A DNA stretch of 64,000 nucleotides from Candidatus Binatia bacterium (GTDB lineage: Bacteria > Acidobacteriota > Terriglobia > Terriglobales > Acidobacteriaceae), in the NCBI GenBank assembly GCA_035516415.1, contig DATJAI010000061.1, forward strand, positions 4,146 through 68,145, in the 5' to 3' direction. The translations under genes and the position numbers were made by a program. The notes below the pieces were generated by a model that saw nothing but the letters and a program-made list of their open reading frames with translations, did not search any database and was not told the DNA's origin. Numbering within the stretch: the stretch's first letter is position 1; each line of letters starts with the position of its first letter. Shown one piece after another: positions 15,922-24,819 of the stretch.

Positions 15922-17976
15922 TTACATGATGGCCGTTGGGGGGGCGGGCTCATCTGGACTGCCGGCATTGGCCAGCGGTACCCGAACCATGACGCCAATC
16001 AACACCGCCAGCGCCACCAGCGCCGTGATGAAGGGGGCTGTCCATTTGAACAGGGTTACGTCATGGCCTGAACCGACGAGGCCGGCGATGACAAGTCCGC
16101 ACAGAGCTTCTCCGGCGATGAGGCCCGAGGCGGTCAGCACTCCGGCATTATCCACCCGCGCTTTTTGCGCCTCGTTGAAACCGCGGCGGTCGCGCAAGCT
16201 GTCGGTCAGCCAGCGCACCAGTCCTCCAACGAAGATGGCGAAGGTGGTTCCCAGAGGGAGATACATGCCGACCGCGAACAGCATCACGCTGCGCACTTCA
16301 ATGAGGATGAGGGCAAAGCCCATCAGGATCCCCACCACGACCAACGGCCACGCCATGTCGCCGCCGACAATGCCTTTGGCCAGCATGGACATAAGTCCGG
16401 CCTGGGGCGCCGACAGTGCCGGGCTGCCAAAGTGATAGGCCTTATCGAGAATGGAGAGAGGGAAGAAGAGCACCAGTGAGGCCACCAGCACCCCGATCAG
16501 ATCGCCGATCTGCATCTTCGAGGGCGTCCCGCCCAGGATGTAGCCGACCTTCAGGTCCTGCAGCATTTCGCCGGCCACGGCGGAGGAAACGCAGATGACG
16601 GCAGCGACTCCGAGCACGGCGGCAACGCCGCCGGCGCCGGAAACCCCGAGGGCCACCATGAGCAGCGCGGCAATCACCAGGGTGCACAGGGTGAGACCCG
16701 AGACCGGATTATTGGAGGAACCGATCATGCCCACCAGATTGCCCGAGACGGCAGCAAAGAAGAAGCCGAGGACGATCATCACCACGGCGGCGACCACGGC
16801 CCCCGCCACCACCGTCGAGGATTTCAGGTTCCCACCGCCGGCGATGAAGTAGTAGTAGAGCGCGATCATCGCCACGAATACGACGGTGACCCCCAGAAAG
16901 ACAATCTTGGAGTTCAGATCGCGCTCGGTGCGGTTGCTGGTAGCGTGCACGGCTGCCGATTTCTTCAGGTCCGAGACGGCGCGGCCCAGCCCCATGGCAA
17001 GCTGTTTGCGCATCTTGAAGAGGGTGTAGGAAGCGCCAACGAGCATTCCACCTACGGCAATCGGCCGCACAATCGAGTAGTAGATGGATCCCGCCAGCAA
17101 AGTCCAGGAAAGCGGGTGTCCAGCGTCGCGCTGGAGGTAGGGACCGAGCAGGAAGGTCAAAAGCGGAACCAGCAGGCCCCAGGCCAGAACGCCGCCGGCG
17201 AAGTTCAGTGCTGCCAGGCGGGGACCAATGATGTAGCCCACCCCGAGGTAAGCGGGACTGACGTCAGGAGCGGTCCACACGGAGGCGCCGCCGGTGATCG
17301 TGGTTGTCACACCGGGGTTGGTGGCGGTGCGCAGCACAAGCTTCCTGCCGAGGGCACTGATGTTGACGGCAAAGGTGTTGTTGGGGGAAAAGACGTTGAT
17401 GGCGCCCAGCAGGTAGAGGAAACCGCCAAATCCCATGTTGGCGAAGAGGATCTTCGCGGCCTTCGAGCCCTGCTGCCCGGCCTTGTGAATCTCCGAGGCG
17501 GCAACCGATTCCGGAAATGGCAGCTCGCGGTCTTCCACCATCACCCGGCGCAGAAGCGTGACCAGCAGAATGCCTAGCGTGCCGCCGATAATCATCAGCA
17601 CCACGGAATTCCAGTACTTCGCCCGGGTAAGGCCCGGCCACAAACCTGCCATGACGAACGCGGGAATTGTGAACACGGCACCCGCGGCCACCGATTCCCC
17701 GATGGAGCCAACGGTTCGGGCAATGTTCTCTTCCAGCAGCGAGCCCCGCATCAGCCGCAGCAAGGCCATGCCGATGACCGCGGCGGGATAGGTGGCCGCT
17801 ATGGTCATCCCGGCCCTAAGGCCGAGATAGGCATTCGCCGAACCGAGAATGGCGGTCATCACCATCCCGATGAGCAACGCCCGGAAGGTAAACTCCGGCA
17901 TGTCGAGATGGTGGGGCACGTAGGGGCGGTGCGCCTGGTTTTCTTTGTCCGCAGATATGGTGGATTGGGTACTCAT
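15922..17976 (-). CDS. OPT-family oligopeptide transporter
   Basis: About 680 aa polytopic protein. EFTFRALLIGMVMTAILGSANAYLGLRAGMTIAATYPAAV and PFPESVAASEI are typical of bacterial OPT. Start placed at MSTQSTISADK (17976). Confidence 0.9.
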   Translation of the reverse strand: MSTQSTISADKENQAHRPYVPHHLDMPEFTFRALLIGMVMTAILGSANAYLGLRAGMTIAATYPAAVIGMALLRLMRGSLLEENIARTVGSIGESVAAGAVFTIPAFVMAGLWPGLTRAKYWNSVVLMIIGGTLGILLVTLLRRVMVEDRELPFPESVAASEIHKAGQQGSKAAKILFANMGFGGFLYLLGAINVFSPNNTFAVNISALGRKLVLRTATNPGVTTTITGGASVWTAPDVSPAYLGVGYIIGPRLAALNFAGGVLAWGLLVPLLTFLLGPYLQRDAGHPLSWTLLAGSIYYSIVRPIAVGGMLVGASYTLFKMRKQLAMGLGRAVSDLKKSAAVHATSNRTERDLNSKIVFLGVTVVFVAMIALYYYFIAGGGNLKSSTVVAGAVVAAVVMIVLGFFFAAVSGNLVGMIGSSNNPVSGLTLCTLVIAALLMVALGVSGAGGVAAVLGVAAVICVSSAVAGEMLQDLKVGYILGGTPSKMQIGDLIGVLVASLVLFFPLSILDKAYHFGSPALSAPQAGLMSMLAKGIVGGDMAWPLVVVGILMGFALILIEVRSVMLFAVGMYLPLGTTFAIFVGGLVRWLTDSLRDRRGFNEAQKARVDNAGVLTASGLIAGEALCGLVIAGLVGSGHDVTLFKWTAPFITALVALAVLIGVMVRVPLANAGSPDEPAPPTAIM

Positions 17977-18148
17977 GAAGACCTCGCCGGCGACGCTGCC
18001 TGGCGGTTGCAGCCGGGCGGAAAAGCTGTCGACCGCGCAAGTTAGCATGCCAGCGGTGCCTGGCACAAGTGCAGCAGCTCCGGCGATGGACGGACGAAGC
18101 GAGGCGGCGGCCTGGCCGGGGCACGGAGATGGCCGGCGCCGGGAGCGG

Positions 18149-18154
18149 ATAGAA
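18149..18154 (+). promoter_or_regulatory. Candidate -10 hexamer TAGAAT upstream of the EVE-domain gene
   Basis: TAGAAT read directly, followed by AAGGAG (18167..18172) and GTG 18183. Confidence 0.3.
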
Positions 18155-18182
18155 TGTGTGCTCCAGAAGGAGATGGAATTCC

Positions 18183-18563
18183 GTGGACTATCTGCTCAAG
18201 ACCGAGCCCTCCGAATACTCTTTTGCCGATCTGCAGCGGGAAAAGCAGACCACGTGGGACGGAGTGTCGAACCCCGTCGCGCTGAAGCATCTTCGCGGGA
18301 TGAAGCCTGGGGAGAGGCTCGTCATCTACGAAACCGGAGACCACAAGGCCGCAGTGGGCACGGCGTCGGTGGTATCGGTGGACGCAGCCGACGCCTGGAA
18401 TCCGGTGGTGAAGATCGGGGCCGGCAAGGCGCTGGCAAAATCGGTGTCGCTGGCAGAGATCAAAGCAGACCCGCGGTTTGCCGACTCGCCGCTGGTGCGC
18501 CAGGGACGCCTGTCCGTGGTGCCGCTGACGGCAGCGCAGTATAAGATCCTGACCGGCGAATAG
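18183..18563 (+). CDS. EVE (PUA-like) domain protein
   Basis: DYLLKTEPSEYSFADL....TWDGVSNPVALKHLRGMKPGERLVIYETG. GTG 18183 lies 10 nt after AAGGAG; ORF-track start is 18156. Confidence 0.8.
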   Translation: MDYLLKTEPSEYSFADLQREKQTTWDGVSNPVALKHLRGMKPGERLVIYETGDHKAAVGTASVVSVDAADAWNPVVKIGAGKALAKSVSLAEIKADPRFADSPLVRQGRLSVVPLTAAQYKILTGE

Positions 18564-18595
18564 GGTTTTACAACTGGGTGCCCGGCTGTCCTGTG

Positions 18596-19738
18596 TTACC
18601 GCAGCCGCAGGGCGGCATCCGCGGAGAGCTCTGCATCGGCGAACTCTCCGGCTATGTACCGCGGATAGGCGGCAGCGGCGATCATGGCCGCGTTGTCGGT
18701 CGAGAGCCTGCGGGAAGGGAAGCGGATGGCCAACCCTTCCTCGGCAGCCTGTTTCTCGAAGGTACTGCGCAACTGGGAATTGGCGGCGACGCCTCCCGTG
18801 ACCAGAACGGTTGCGACATTATGCAGGCGAGCGGCGGTCAGCGTCTTGCCGGCGAGATCGTTGACCATGGCGTGCTGGAACGATGCGGCCAGGTCGAGCG
18901 TCTGCGTATCGCAGGCGGCCAGTACCTGTTGCGCCGAGGGAGTTGCGATATGGGCGAGCGCGCGCCGCCGCTGCTCGATGGCCGACTTCATCCCATGGGT
19001 CTCCACATACCGCAGGACTGCGGTCTTGATGCCGCTATAGGAAAAGTCGACCCGGCTGCCGTCGCCCGAGCGGTTTTGCGGATTGCGGTCGCGGTGCTTT
19101 ATCTGCGCCAGAGCAAACTTCACCGCCCGCGGGTTTCCGTGCCGGGCAAGAAAATCGATTACGGGCCCGCCCGGATATCCCAGCTCCAGCAGTTTGGCCA
19201 CCTTATCGAAGGCTTCGCCGGCGGCGTCATCGCGGGTATGTCCCACATCGTGGTAAACCCACGAGGTATTGCGGCGCTCGGCGAGGAAAAGATGGGTGTG
19301 GCCGCCGCTTACCACCAGCGCCAGCACGGGAAACTGCAGCTCGCGGTTGCCGTTCTGCCGCTCTTCCAGCAGCACGGCGTGAATATGGCCTTCCAGGTGG
19401 TTCACGCCGATGAGGGGCTTCTCGAGGGTCCAGGCCAGTGCCTTGGCGTAGCTTACCCCGACCAGCAGGGAGCCGGCGAGTCCCGGCCCTTTCGTCACAG
19501 CCAGGGCATCGATGCCCGCGTAGCCCCGGCAGGCATCTTCCAGCGCCTTACGCACGACGGGAACGATGGCGCGGAGGTGCTCGCGCGAAGCCAGTTCCGG
19601 CACCACCCCGCCGAAAGGCTGGTGAGTGGCGATCTGCGAATAGACGACGTTGGAGAGCTGCTCCTCACCCGAGCGGACCACGGCGGCCGCGGTTTCGTCG
19701 CAGGACGTCTCGATGCCGAGGATGAAAACATCCGCCAC
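18596..19738 (-). CDS. tsaD: tRNA N6-adenosine threonylcarbamoyltransferase TsaD
   Basis: ILGIETSCDETAAAV, GVNHLEGH, GGVAANSQLR. Start moved to GTG 19738 because ORF-track TTG 19783 lies inside a tandem repeat and a TACAAT hexamer sits 6 nt upstream of 19738. Confidence 0.9.
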   Translation of the reverse strand: MADVFILGIETSCDETAAAVVRSGEEQLSNVVYSQIATHQPFGGVVPELASREHLRAIVPVVRKALEDACRGYAGIDALAVTKGPGLAGSLLVGVSYAKALAWTLEKPLIGVNHLEGHIHAVLLEERQNGNRELQFPVLALVVSGGHTHLFLAERRNTSWVYHDVGHTRDDAAGEAFDKVAKLLELGYPGGPVIDFLARHGNPRAVKFALAQIKHRDRNPQNRSGDGSRVDFSYSGIKTAVLRYVETHGMKSAIEQRRRALAHIATPSAQQVLAACDTQTLDLAASFQHAMVNDLAGKTLTAARLHNVATVLVTGGVAANSQLRSTFEKQAAEEGLAIRFPSRRLSTDNAAMIAAAAYPRYIAGEFADAELSADAALRLR

Positions 19739-19744
19739 GGAAAT

Positions 19745-19750
19745 ATTGTA
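19745..19750 (-). promoter_or_regulatory. Candidate -10 hexamer TACAAT (minus strand), 6 nt upstream of the tsaD GTG (leaderless prediction)
   Basis: Plus-strand attgta at 19745..19750. The seventh nt downstream is the G of GTG at 19738. Confidence 0.35.
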
Positions 19751-19778
19751 CGGTTTGGAGAGCCAGCGGCGGGAAAGT

Positions 19779-19827
19779 AGCAACTAGCAACCAGCGGCGA
19801 GCAACCAGCGGCGAGCAACCAGAAGCC
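19779..19827. repeat. Tandem heptad/14-mer repeat (agcaact agcaacc agcggcg agcaacc agcggcg agcaacc agaagcc)
   Basis: The 14-mer agcaaccagcggcg occurs twice in tandem (19786..19813) with partial flanking copies. Confidence 0.75.
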
Positions 19828-19861
19828 ATCTCATCATGAACCATGCGTCCCAACCCTGGTT

Positions 19862-19932
19862 GCCCTCAGGGGCTAAAACCCGGATTTCCCACGGCTCCAG
19901 ACGGCACGGCTGAAGCCGTGCCCCTTCAAAAC
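19862..19932 (-). repeat. Two-hairpin intergenic repeat element, copy A
   Basis: Perfect hairpin GGCACGGC-tgaa-GCCGTGCC (19903..19922). The reverse complement aligns at 56 of 71 positions with copy B (62199..62270). Confidence 0.6.
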
Positions 19933-19976
19933 GAATTATGAGATAGCCTGTAGTCGCTGATTGTCAGTTGCTACAG

Positions 19977-21332
19977 ATGCGCAGCCACGCCATCAATATC
20001 GTTCGCGAGCTGCGCCAGCGCGGCTTCCAGGCCTACCTGGCGGGAGGTTGCGTCCGCGACACGCTGCTGGGAGTGGTGCCCGCGGATTACGATGTCGCGA
20101 CCGATGCTACTCCGCCGGAGGTGATGCGCATCTTCCCCGAGACCTGGGCGGTAGGCGCGCAGTTCGGCGTGGTGCTGGTTCCCGCACCGGAGGACGTTCC
20201 CCGGGCCGCGACACCCTCTGAGCACCCGAATCATGTGGAGGTTGCGACCTTCCGCAACGATGGCGCCTACTCCGATGGCCGTCATCCCGACCACGTGAGC
20301 TACTCCAGAGATCCGCGCGAAGACGTACAACGGCGCGATTTCACCATCAACGGCCTGCTGATGGACCCGCTCGATGGCGAGCGGGTGCTGGATTTTGTCG
20401 GTGGGCGCGAAGACCTGAACGCCGGAATCGTGCGGGCCATCGGCGAGCCGGAACGACGCTTTCAGGAAGACAAGCTGCGGATGCTGCGCGGCGTGCGCTT
20501 TGCGGCCCGATTGCAGTACCTCATCGAGCCGCAGACACTTGCCGCGATCCGGCAGCTTGCCCCACTGATTCGCCAGGTCAGCCGCGAGCGCGTGCGCGAC
20601 GAGCTGACGAAGATGCTGACCGAAGGCCACGCGCGCGCCGCCTTCGAGCTGCTGGATACCACCGGTCTGCTGCAAGAGGTGCTGCCCGAGATCGATCGCA
20701 TGCATGGAGTGGAGCAGCCGCCGCAGTTCCATCCCGAAGGCGATGTCTGGATCCACACCCTGCTGCTGCTGGAGAAGCTGCCGCCGAAGTGCTCGCTCAC
20801 CCTGGCGTGGGGCACGCTACTGCACGATGTGGGCAAGCCGCCGACCTTCCGGATCGCCCCCGACCGTATACGCTTCGACGGCCACGTCGAGATCGGCACG
20901 CGCATGGCAGAGGAGATCTGCCATCGGCTGCGCTTTTCCAATGAGGAGACGAAGCAGATCGCCGCCCTGGTCGCCAATCACATGCGGTTTGCCGACGTCG
21001 AGCGCATGAAGGAATCGACCCTCAAACGCTTCATCCGGCTGTCGAAGTTCGAAGAACATCTGGAGCTGCACCGCATGGACTGCCTGAGCAGCCACGGAAA
21101 ACTGGATACGTACGACCTGGTGCGCGGGCGACTGCAGCAGAGCTCGGAAGCAGAAATCAGGCCGGCACTGCTCGTCAATGGAGAAGATCTGATCCACCTC
21201 GGCTACCGGCCCGGTCCGCAATTTCGCGCCATGCTCGCTGCGGTGGAAGATGCGCAACTGGAAGGCACGCTGCACACGCGCGAAGAAGCGCTGTCGTTCG
21301 TGCTGAGCGAATTTCCTCCGGCGAGCCGATAA
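19977..21332 (+). CDS. cca: CCA-adding tRNA nucleotidyltransferase (polyA polymerase head domain plus HD domain)
   Basis: GFQAYLAGGCVRDTLLG, DYDVATDA, RRDFTINGL, HD region LLHDVGKP. Start placed at ATG 19977; ORF-track TTG is 19968. Confidence 0.85.
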   Translation: MRSHAINIVRELRQRGFQAYLAGGCVRDTLLGVVPADYDVATDATPPEVMRIFPETWAVGAQFGVVLVPAPEDVPRAATPSEHPNHVEVATFRNDGAYSDGRHPDHVSYSRDPREDVQRRDFTINGLLMDPLDGERVLDFVGGREDLNAGIVRAIGEPERRFQEDKLRMLRGVRFAARLQYLIEPQTLAAIRQLAPLIRQVSRERVRDELTKMLTEGHARAAFELLDTTGLLQEVLPEIDRMHGVEQPPQFHPEGDVWIHTLLLLEKLPPKCSLTLAWGTLLHDVGKPPTFRIAPDRIRFDGHVEIGTRMAEEICHRLRFSNEETKQIAALVANHMRFADVERMKESTLKRFIRLSKFEEHLELHRMDCLSSHGKLDTYDLVRGRLQQSSEAEIRPALLVNGEDLIHLGYRPGPQFRAMLAAVEDAQLEGTLHTREEALSFVLSEFPPASR

Positions 21333-21457
21333 GGCAGCGGCTTTTGTTCGGGGCATCGTGCTCCTGTTGCTACCTTCTGGCGAGCAGCGAATGGCGAAAG
21401 GCACATCGCGAAGACCGGACCACGAATCGCAGAAGCGATGCAACACCCGGCCTGGTC

Positions 21458-21463
21458 TACAAT
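21458..21463 (+). promoter_or_regulatory. Candidate -10 hexamer TACAAT upstream of the DUF721 gene
   Basis: TACAATGAA read directly, 14 nt before ATG 21478. Confidence 0.3.
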
Positions 21464-21477
21464 GAAGCCTTTGCCCC

Positions 21478-21765
21478 ATGCAGCATGCCGGCAAAACGCT
21501 GAAGAAGATTTTTGCGGACATTGTGCGCCGCGAGGGCGAGGGCGGCCCACTGCTGGCGTGGCCGCTGGCGTGCGGCGGCAAAATCGCGGAGCGCACAACC
21601 GCCCTGAGCTTTGCCGACGGCGTGCTGACGGTTGCAGTTCCCGATGAGGCCTGGCGCCAGCAACTGCAGAGTTTCGGCGCTCAATACCTGGCAGCCCTGA
21701 GCCAGCTCACCCCGGAGCGGGTGAACAGGATCCAGTTCGTCGCGGCGACCCAGGCGCAACGCTGA
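21478..21765 (+). CDS. DUF721 (DciA-like) protein
   Basis: 95 aa with ...LLAWPLACGGKIAERTTALSFADGVLTVAVPDEAWRQQLQ... Confidence 0.65.
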   Translation: MQHAGKTLKKIFADIVRREGEGGPLLAWPLACGGKIAERTTALSFADGVLTVAVPDEAWRQQLQSFGAQYLAALSQLTPERVNRIQFVAATQAQR

Positions 21766-21782
21766 GGGACGAACGTCACGTT

Positions 21783-22106
21783 ATGGTTTCAGAAAAAGAT
21801 GTGCTGTATGTCGCCGAGCTGGCCCACCTTGAGCTCACCGCCGAGGAGCGCGTCCGTCTACTGCAGGACCTGAACTCGATTCTCGGTTACATTGACCGGC
21901 TCAACCAGCTCGACACCGGCGGCGTGGAGCCGATGGCCCAGGTGGGGAGCCGCCACGACGAGCGTACGAAGGAAGAGGACAATCCTTTTCTTTACGCCAT
22001 GCGCCCCGACGAGCCGCGGCCATGCCTGCCGCGCGAGGAGGCACTGAAAAACGCGCCCGCCTCCGACGGCACTTTCTTCAAGGTTCCCAAAGTCATTGAG
22101 CGATAG
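21783..22106 (+). CDS. gatC: Asp-tRNA(Asn)/Glu-tRNA(Gln) amidotransferase subunit C
   Basis: VLYVAELAHLELTAEE...LNSILGYIDRLNQLDT; overlaps gatA by 11 nt. Confidence 0.9.
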   Translation: MVSEKDVLYVAELAHLELTAEERVRLLQDLNSILGYIDRLNQLDTGGVEPMAQVGSRHDERTKEEDNPFLYAMRPDEPRPCLPREEALKNAPASDGTFFKVPKVIER

Positions 22107-23574
22107 TCTGATGGACATCGAGGGACTCACGATCGACGCGGCGCGCACGGCGGTGCTGGAGAGACAGGTCACGGCCACAGCGCTGGTGGATGCCTTCTAC
22201 CAGAGGATCGCGAGTGAAGACGGGCCTGTTGGCGCATACCTGACGCTGAGCAAGGAACGCGCCTGGCGGCAGGCTGCACGCATCGACGCCCTCGCCGATA
22301 AAGGCGACGGTCTTCCTTCGCTGGCCGGAGTTCCCATCGCCATCAAGGATGTCTTCACGACCAAAGATGTGCGTACCACCGCGGGCTCGAAAATCCTGGA
22401 AAACTTTATTGCGCCGTACGATGCCACCGTGGTCACGCGGCTGGAGCGGGCGGGCGCCATCATCCTGGGCAAGACCAATTGCGATGAATTCGCCATGGGC
22501 TCGTCCAACGAAAATTCCGGATTCTATCCTGTCCGCAACCCGCGCGATCGTTCGCGTGTGCCGGGCGGCTCCTCGGGCGGCTCGGCTGCGGCCGTTGCTG
22601 CGGGCATGGCAGTGGCCGCGCTGGGTTCCGATACCGGGGGATCAATCCGGCAGCCGGCGGCGTTTTGCGGCGTGGCCGGCCTGATGCCTACCTATGGGCG
22701 CGTCTCCCGCTATGGGCTCATCGCCTTCGCCTCCTCACTGGACCATCCCGGCCCCTTCGGCAGGACGGTAAAGGATACGGCGATCATGCTGCAGGCGATG
22801 GCGGGACGCGATCCACTGGACTCCACCACGGTCGAGGTTCCCGTGCCCGATTACCGCGAGCACATTGGCCAGCCAGTGACGGGCATGAAGATCGGGGTTC
22901 CCGGCGAATATTTCGGGGAGGGGCTGGATGCAGAGGTGCGCGCCGGAGTGGAGGCCGGCATCCAGGAGCTGGCGAAGGCCGGAGCGGAGATTATTCCCAT
23001 CTCGCTACCCCATACCGATTACGCCATACCGACATATTACGTAGTAGCGACGGCGGAAGCGTCGTCGAATCTGGCGCGCTATGACGGCGCGCGCTACGGG
23101 CTGCGATCGGCGGAAGGCAGGACACTAAGCGAGATGTACCGGCGTACGCGCGATGCCGGCTTTGGGGCGGAGGTGAAGCGCCGGATCATGCTGGGGACCT
23201 ATGTTCTGAGCGCGGGATACTATGACGCCTATTACCTGAAGGCGCAGCGCGTGCGCAGCCTGCTGGCCCGCGACTTCGAGGAAGCATTCGCGAAGGTGGA
23301 CGCCATCGTAACGCCCACGGCCCCCACCCCGGCGTTCAGGCTGGGCGAGAAGATTGACGATCCGCTTGCGATGTATCTGGCGGACATTTATACCGTGACC
23401 GCCGACCTGGCCGGCATTCCGGGCATTTCAGTCCCCTGCGGGAAGAGCAGGGAAGGACTGCCGATCGGCATGCAGATCCTGGGGAAACATTTTGATGAGG
23501 TAACGGTGCTGCGGGTGGCGCACGTGGCCGAGCACGCGCTGGCGGCGAAGCTGGATCAGGAAGTCTCTTCGTAA
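22096..23574 (+). CDS. gatA: Asp-tRNA(Asn)/Glu-tRNA(Gln) amidotransferase subunit A
   Basis: Amidase signature GGSSGGSAAAVAAGMAVAALGSDTGGSIRQPA. Confidence 0.95.
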   Translation: MSDSLMDIEGLTIDAARTAVLERQVTATALVDAFYQRIASEDGPVGAYLTLSKERAWRQAARIDALADKGDGLPSLAGVPIAIKDVFTTKDVRTTAGSKILENFIAPYDATVVTRLERAGAIILGKTNCDEFAMGSSNENSGFYPVRNPRDRSRVPGGSSGGSAAAVAAGMAVAALGSDTGGSIRQPAAFCGVAGLMPTYGRVSRYGLIAFASSLDHPGPFGRTVKDTAIMLQAMAGRDPLDSTTVEVPVPDYREHIGQPVTGMKIGVPGEYFGEGLDAEVRAGVEAGIQELAKAGAEIIPISLPHTDYAIPTYYVVATAEASSNLARYDGARYGLRSAEGRTLSEMYRRTRDAGFGAEVKRRIMLGTYVLSAGYYDAYYLKAQRVRSLLARDFEEAFAKVDAIVTPTAPTPAFRLGEKIDDPLAMYLADIYTVTADLAGIPGISVPCGKSREGLPIGMQILGKHFDEVTVLRVAHVAEHALAAKLDQEVSS

Positions 23575-24164
23575 TACCTTTCCCCGGCGCAGCCGCGGCA
23601 GAGGATCTTGCCATCGCGGCGCACCTCGCGCCGGAAGTTGATGCCTTCGCCGCATTCGGCGCAGACGATGCGCTCGCCGGTGTAGCCGGGCAGTTCCTCC
23701 GGCGGCAGCAATACCTTCACCCACTGCTCGCTGAACAGATCGGCGTTCGACATCTCGCGGTAAGCCAGCATCTGCTGCCGGTTTTTGTCGCTGATCTCGG
23801 GATGCATCTGCCGGGCCAGCGCCTTCGAGCTTTCCCGGGCGCACACGCGGACCGCGCGGCCGGAGTCCAGATCGACGAAAGTGGCGGCAACCTTGCCCCA
23901 GTCGCGAAACTTGAGCGCACGCTTGCCCAGACGGCAGCCGGTGACGACGGCGACGGCGTCGGTGGCGCAGCGGTCGATTTCCACGAAGGTGATCAGCCGC
24001 TTGCGGTCTTTGCCGTAAGGGTCGGCGATGCCAAGCAGCTCCAGACCCCTCATCGCCAGGCGCACGCCCAGAACCTGGCCCGCACACAGATGTCCGTGGG
24101 CCACCTCCGCATCGCGCAGCAGCTCATCCAGGCTCTTCACAACATCAGCTCCACTACTGCTCAT
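23556..24164 (-). CDS. FmdE-family protein with C-terminal CxxC...CxxC zinc ribbon
   Basis: HGHLCAGQVLGVRLAMRGLELLG, CATDAVAVVTGC, CAECGEGINFRREV..ILCRGC. Alternative start at 24194. The 3' end overlaps gatA by 19 nt. Confidence 0.75.
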   Translation of the reverse strand: MSSSGADVVKSLDELLRDAEVAHGHLCAGQVLGVRLAMRGLELLGIADPYGKDRKRLITFVEIDRCATDAVAVVTGCRLGKRALKFRDWGKVAATFVDLDSGRAVRVCARESSKALARQMHPEISDKNRQQMLAYREMSNADLFSEQWVKVLLPPEELPGYTGERIVCAECGEGINFRREVRRDGKILCRGCAGERYYEETS

Positions 24165-24819
24165 CCGAATCGTTTTCCGGCGCTTCGTCGGCAAAGCGGC
24201 CGCTCACGTTCTCGGTGAACTTCTCGCCGGCTTTGGGCACGAACGTCACGCGGGCAGGCTGCCGCTGCCATCGCGGCGCCGGGCAATTGCTGTCGGGCGC
24301 ATCGCCCATGCTGACGTTGCCCAGTTCCTTGCGGAATACCGGCTTCTTGGCGCCGATCTCCGCAACCACAGCCATTATCCGCTCGCCGCTGGATGAGACA
24401 CCGCAGTAGGCCGCATAGTCGCGATACCAGCTTACCTCGGAATAGAACGGGTCGAAGTCAGGCAGCCGGAGCAGCGACAGCTTTCCCGAGGCGCGATCGA
24501 CCAGCAGCCAGCCTCCCCGCTGCCAAAGCCATTTCGGGCTTCGACGCGCATCGTCGGGCAGGGTGTCATTGATACGGTAGGCGCGCCGGACCACAAACTG
24601 GCGATCGGTAACCTCGTGCGTGTCACCGGTGGTAAATTCCTTCAGCTTCGTGTCAACGTAGAGGGGGCGCACGGCGATGTCCACCGTCTGGTCTTCGGAA
24701 GGACCGAGGAAGAGCTTTACGGAGGTGGGCTTTCCCAGGGTTACGGTGTGAGGCTTTGATGCCGCCGCACCCGGCAGGGCAGCCAGCAGCACGATCATCA
24801 ACAGGGGGGAGAAACGCAT
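24154..24819 (-). CDS. Hypothetical secreted protein
   Basis: Signal peptide MRFSPLLMIVLLAALPGAAAS at ATG 24819. No family recognised. Overlaps the downstream FmdE-like start. Confidence 0.5.
   Translation of the reverse strand: MRFSPLLMIVLLAALPGAAASKPHTVTLGKPTSVKLFLGPSEDQTVDIAVRPLYVDTKLKEFTTGDTHEVTDRQFVVRRAYRINDTLPDDARRSPKWLWQRGGWLLVDRASGKLSLLRLPDFDPFYSEVSWYRDYAAYCGVSSSGERIMAVVAEIGAKKPVFRKELGNVSMGDAPDSNCPAPRWQRQPARVTFVPKAGEKFTENVSGRFADEAPENDSDEQ

Noticed and set aside
19779-19827. Possible miniature CRISPR array.
   Set aside because: The units are 7-14 nt with no spacers. This is a simple tandem repeat, and no cas genes are in the window.
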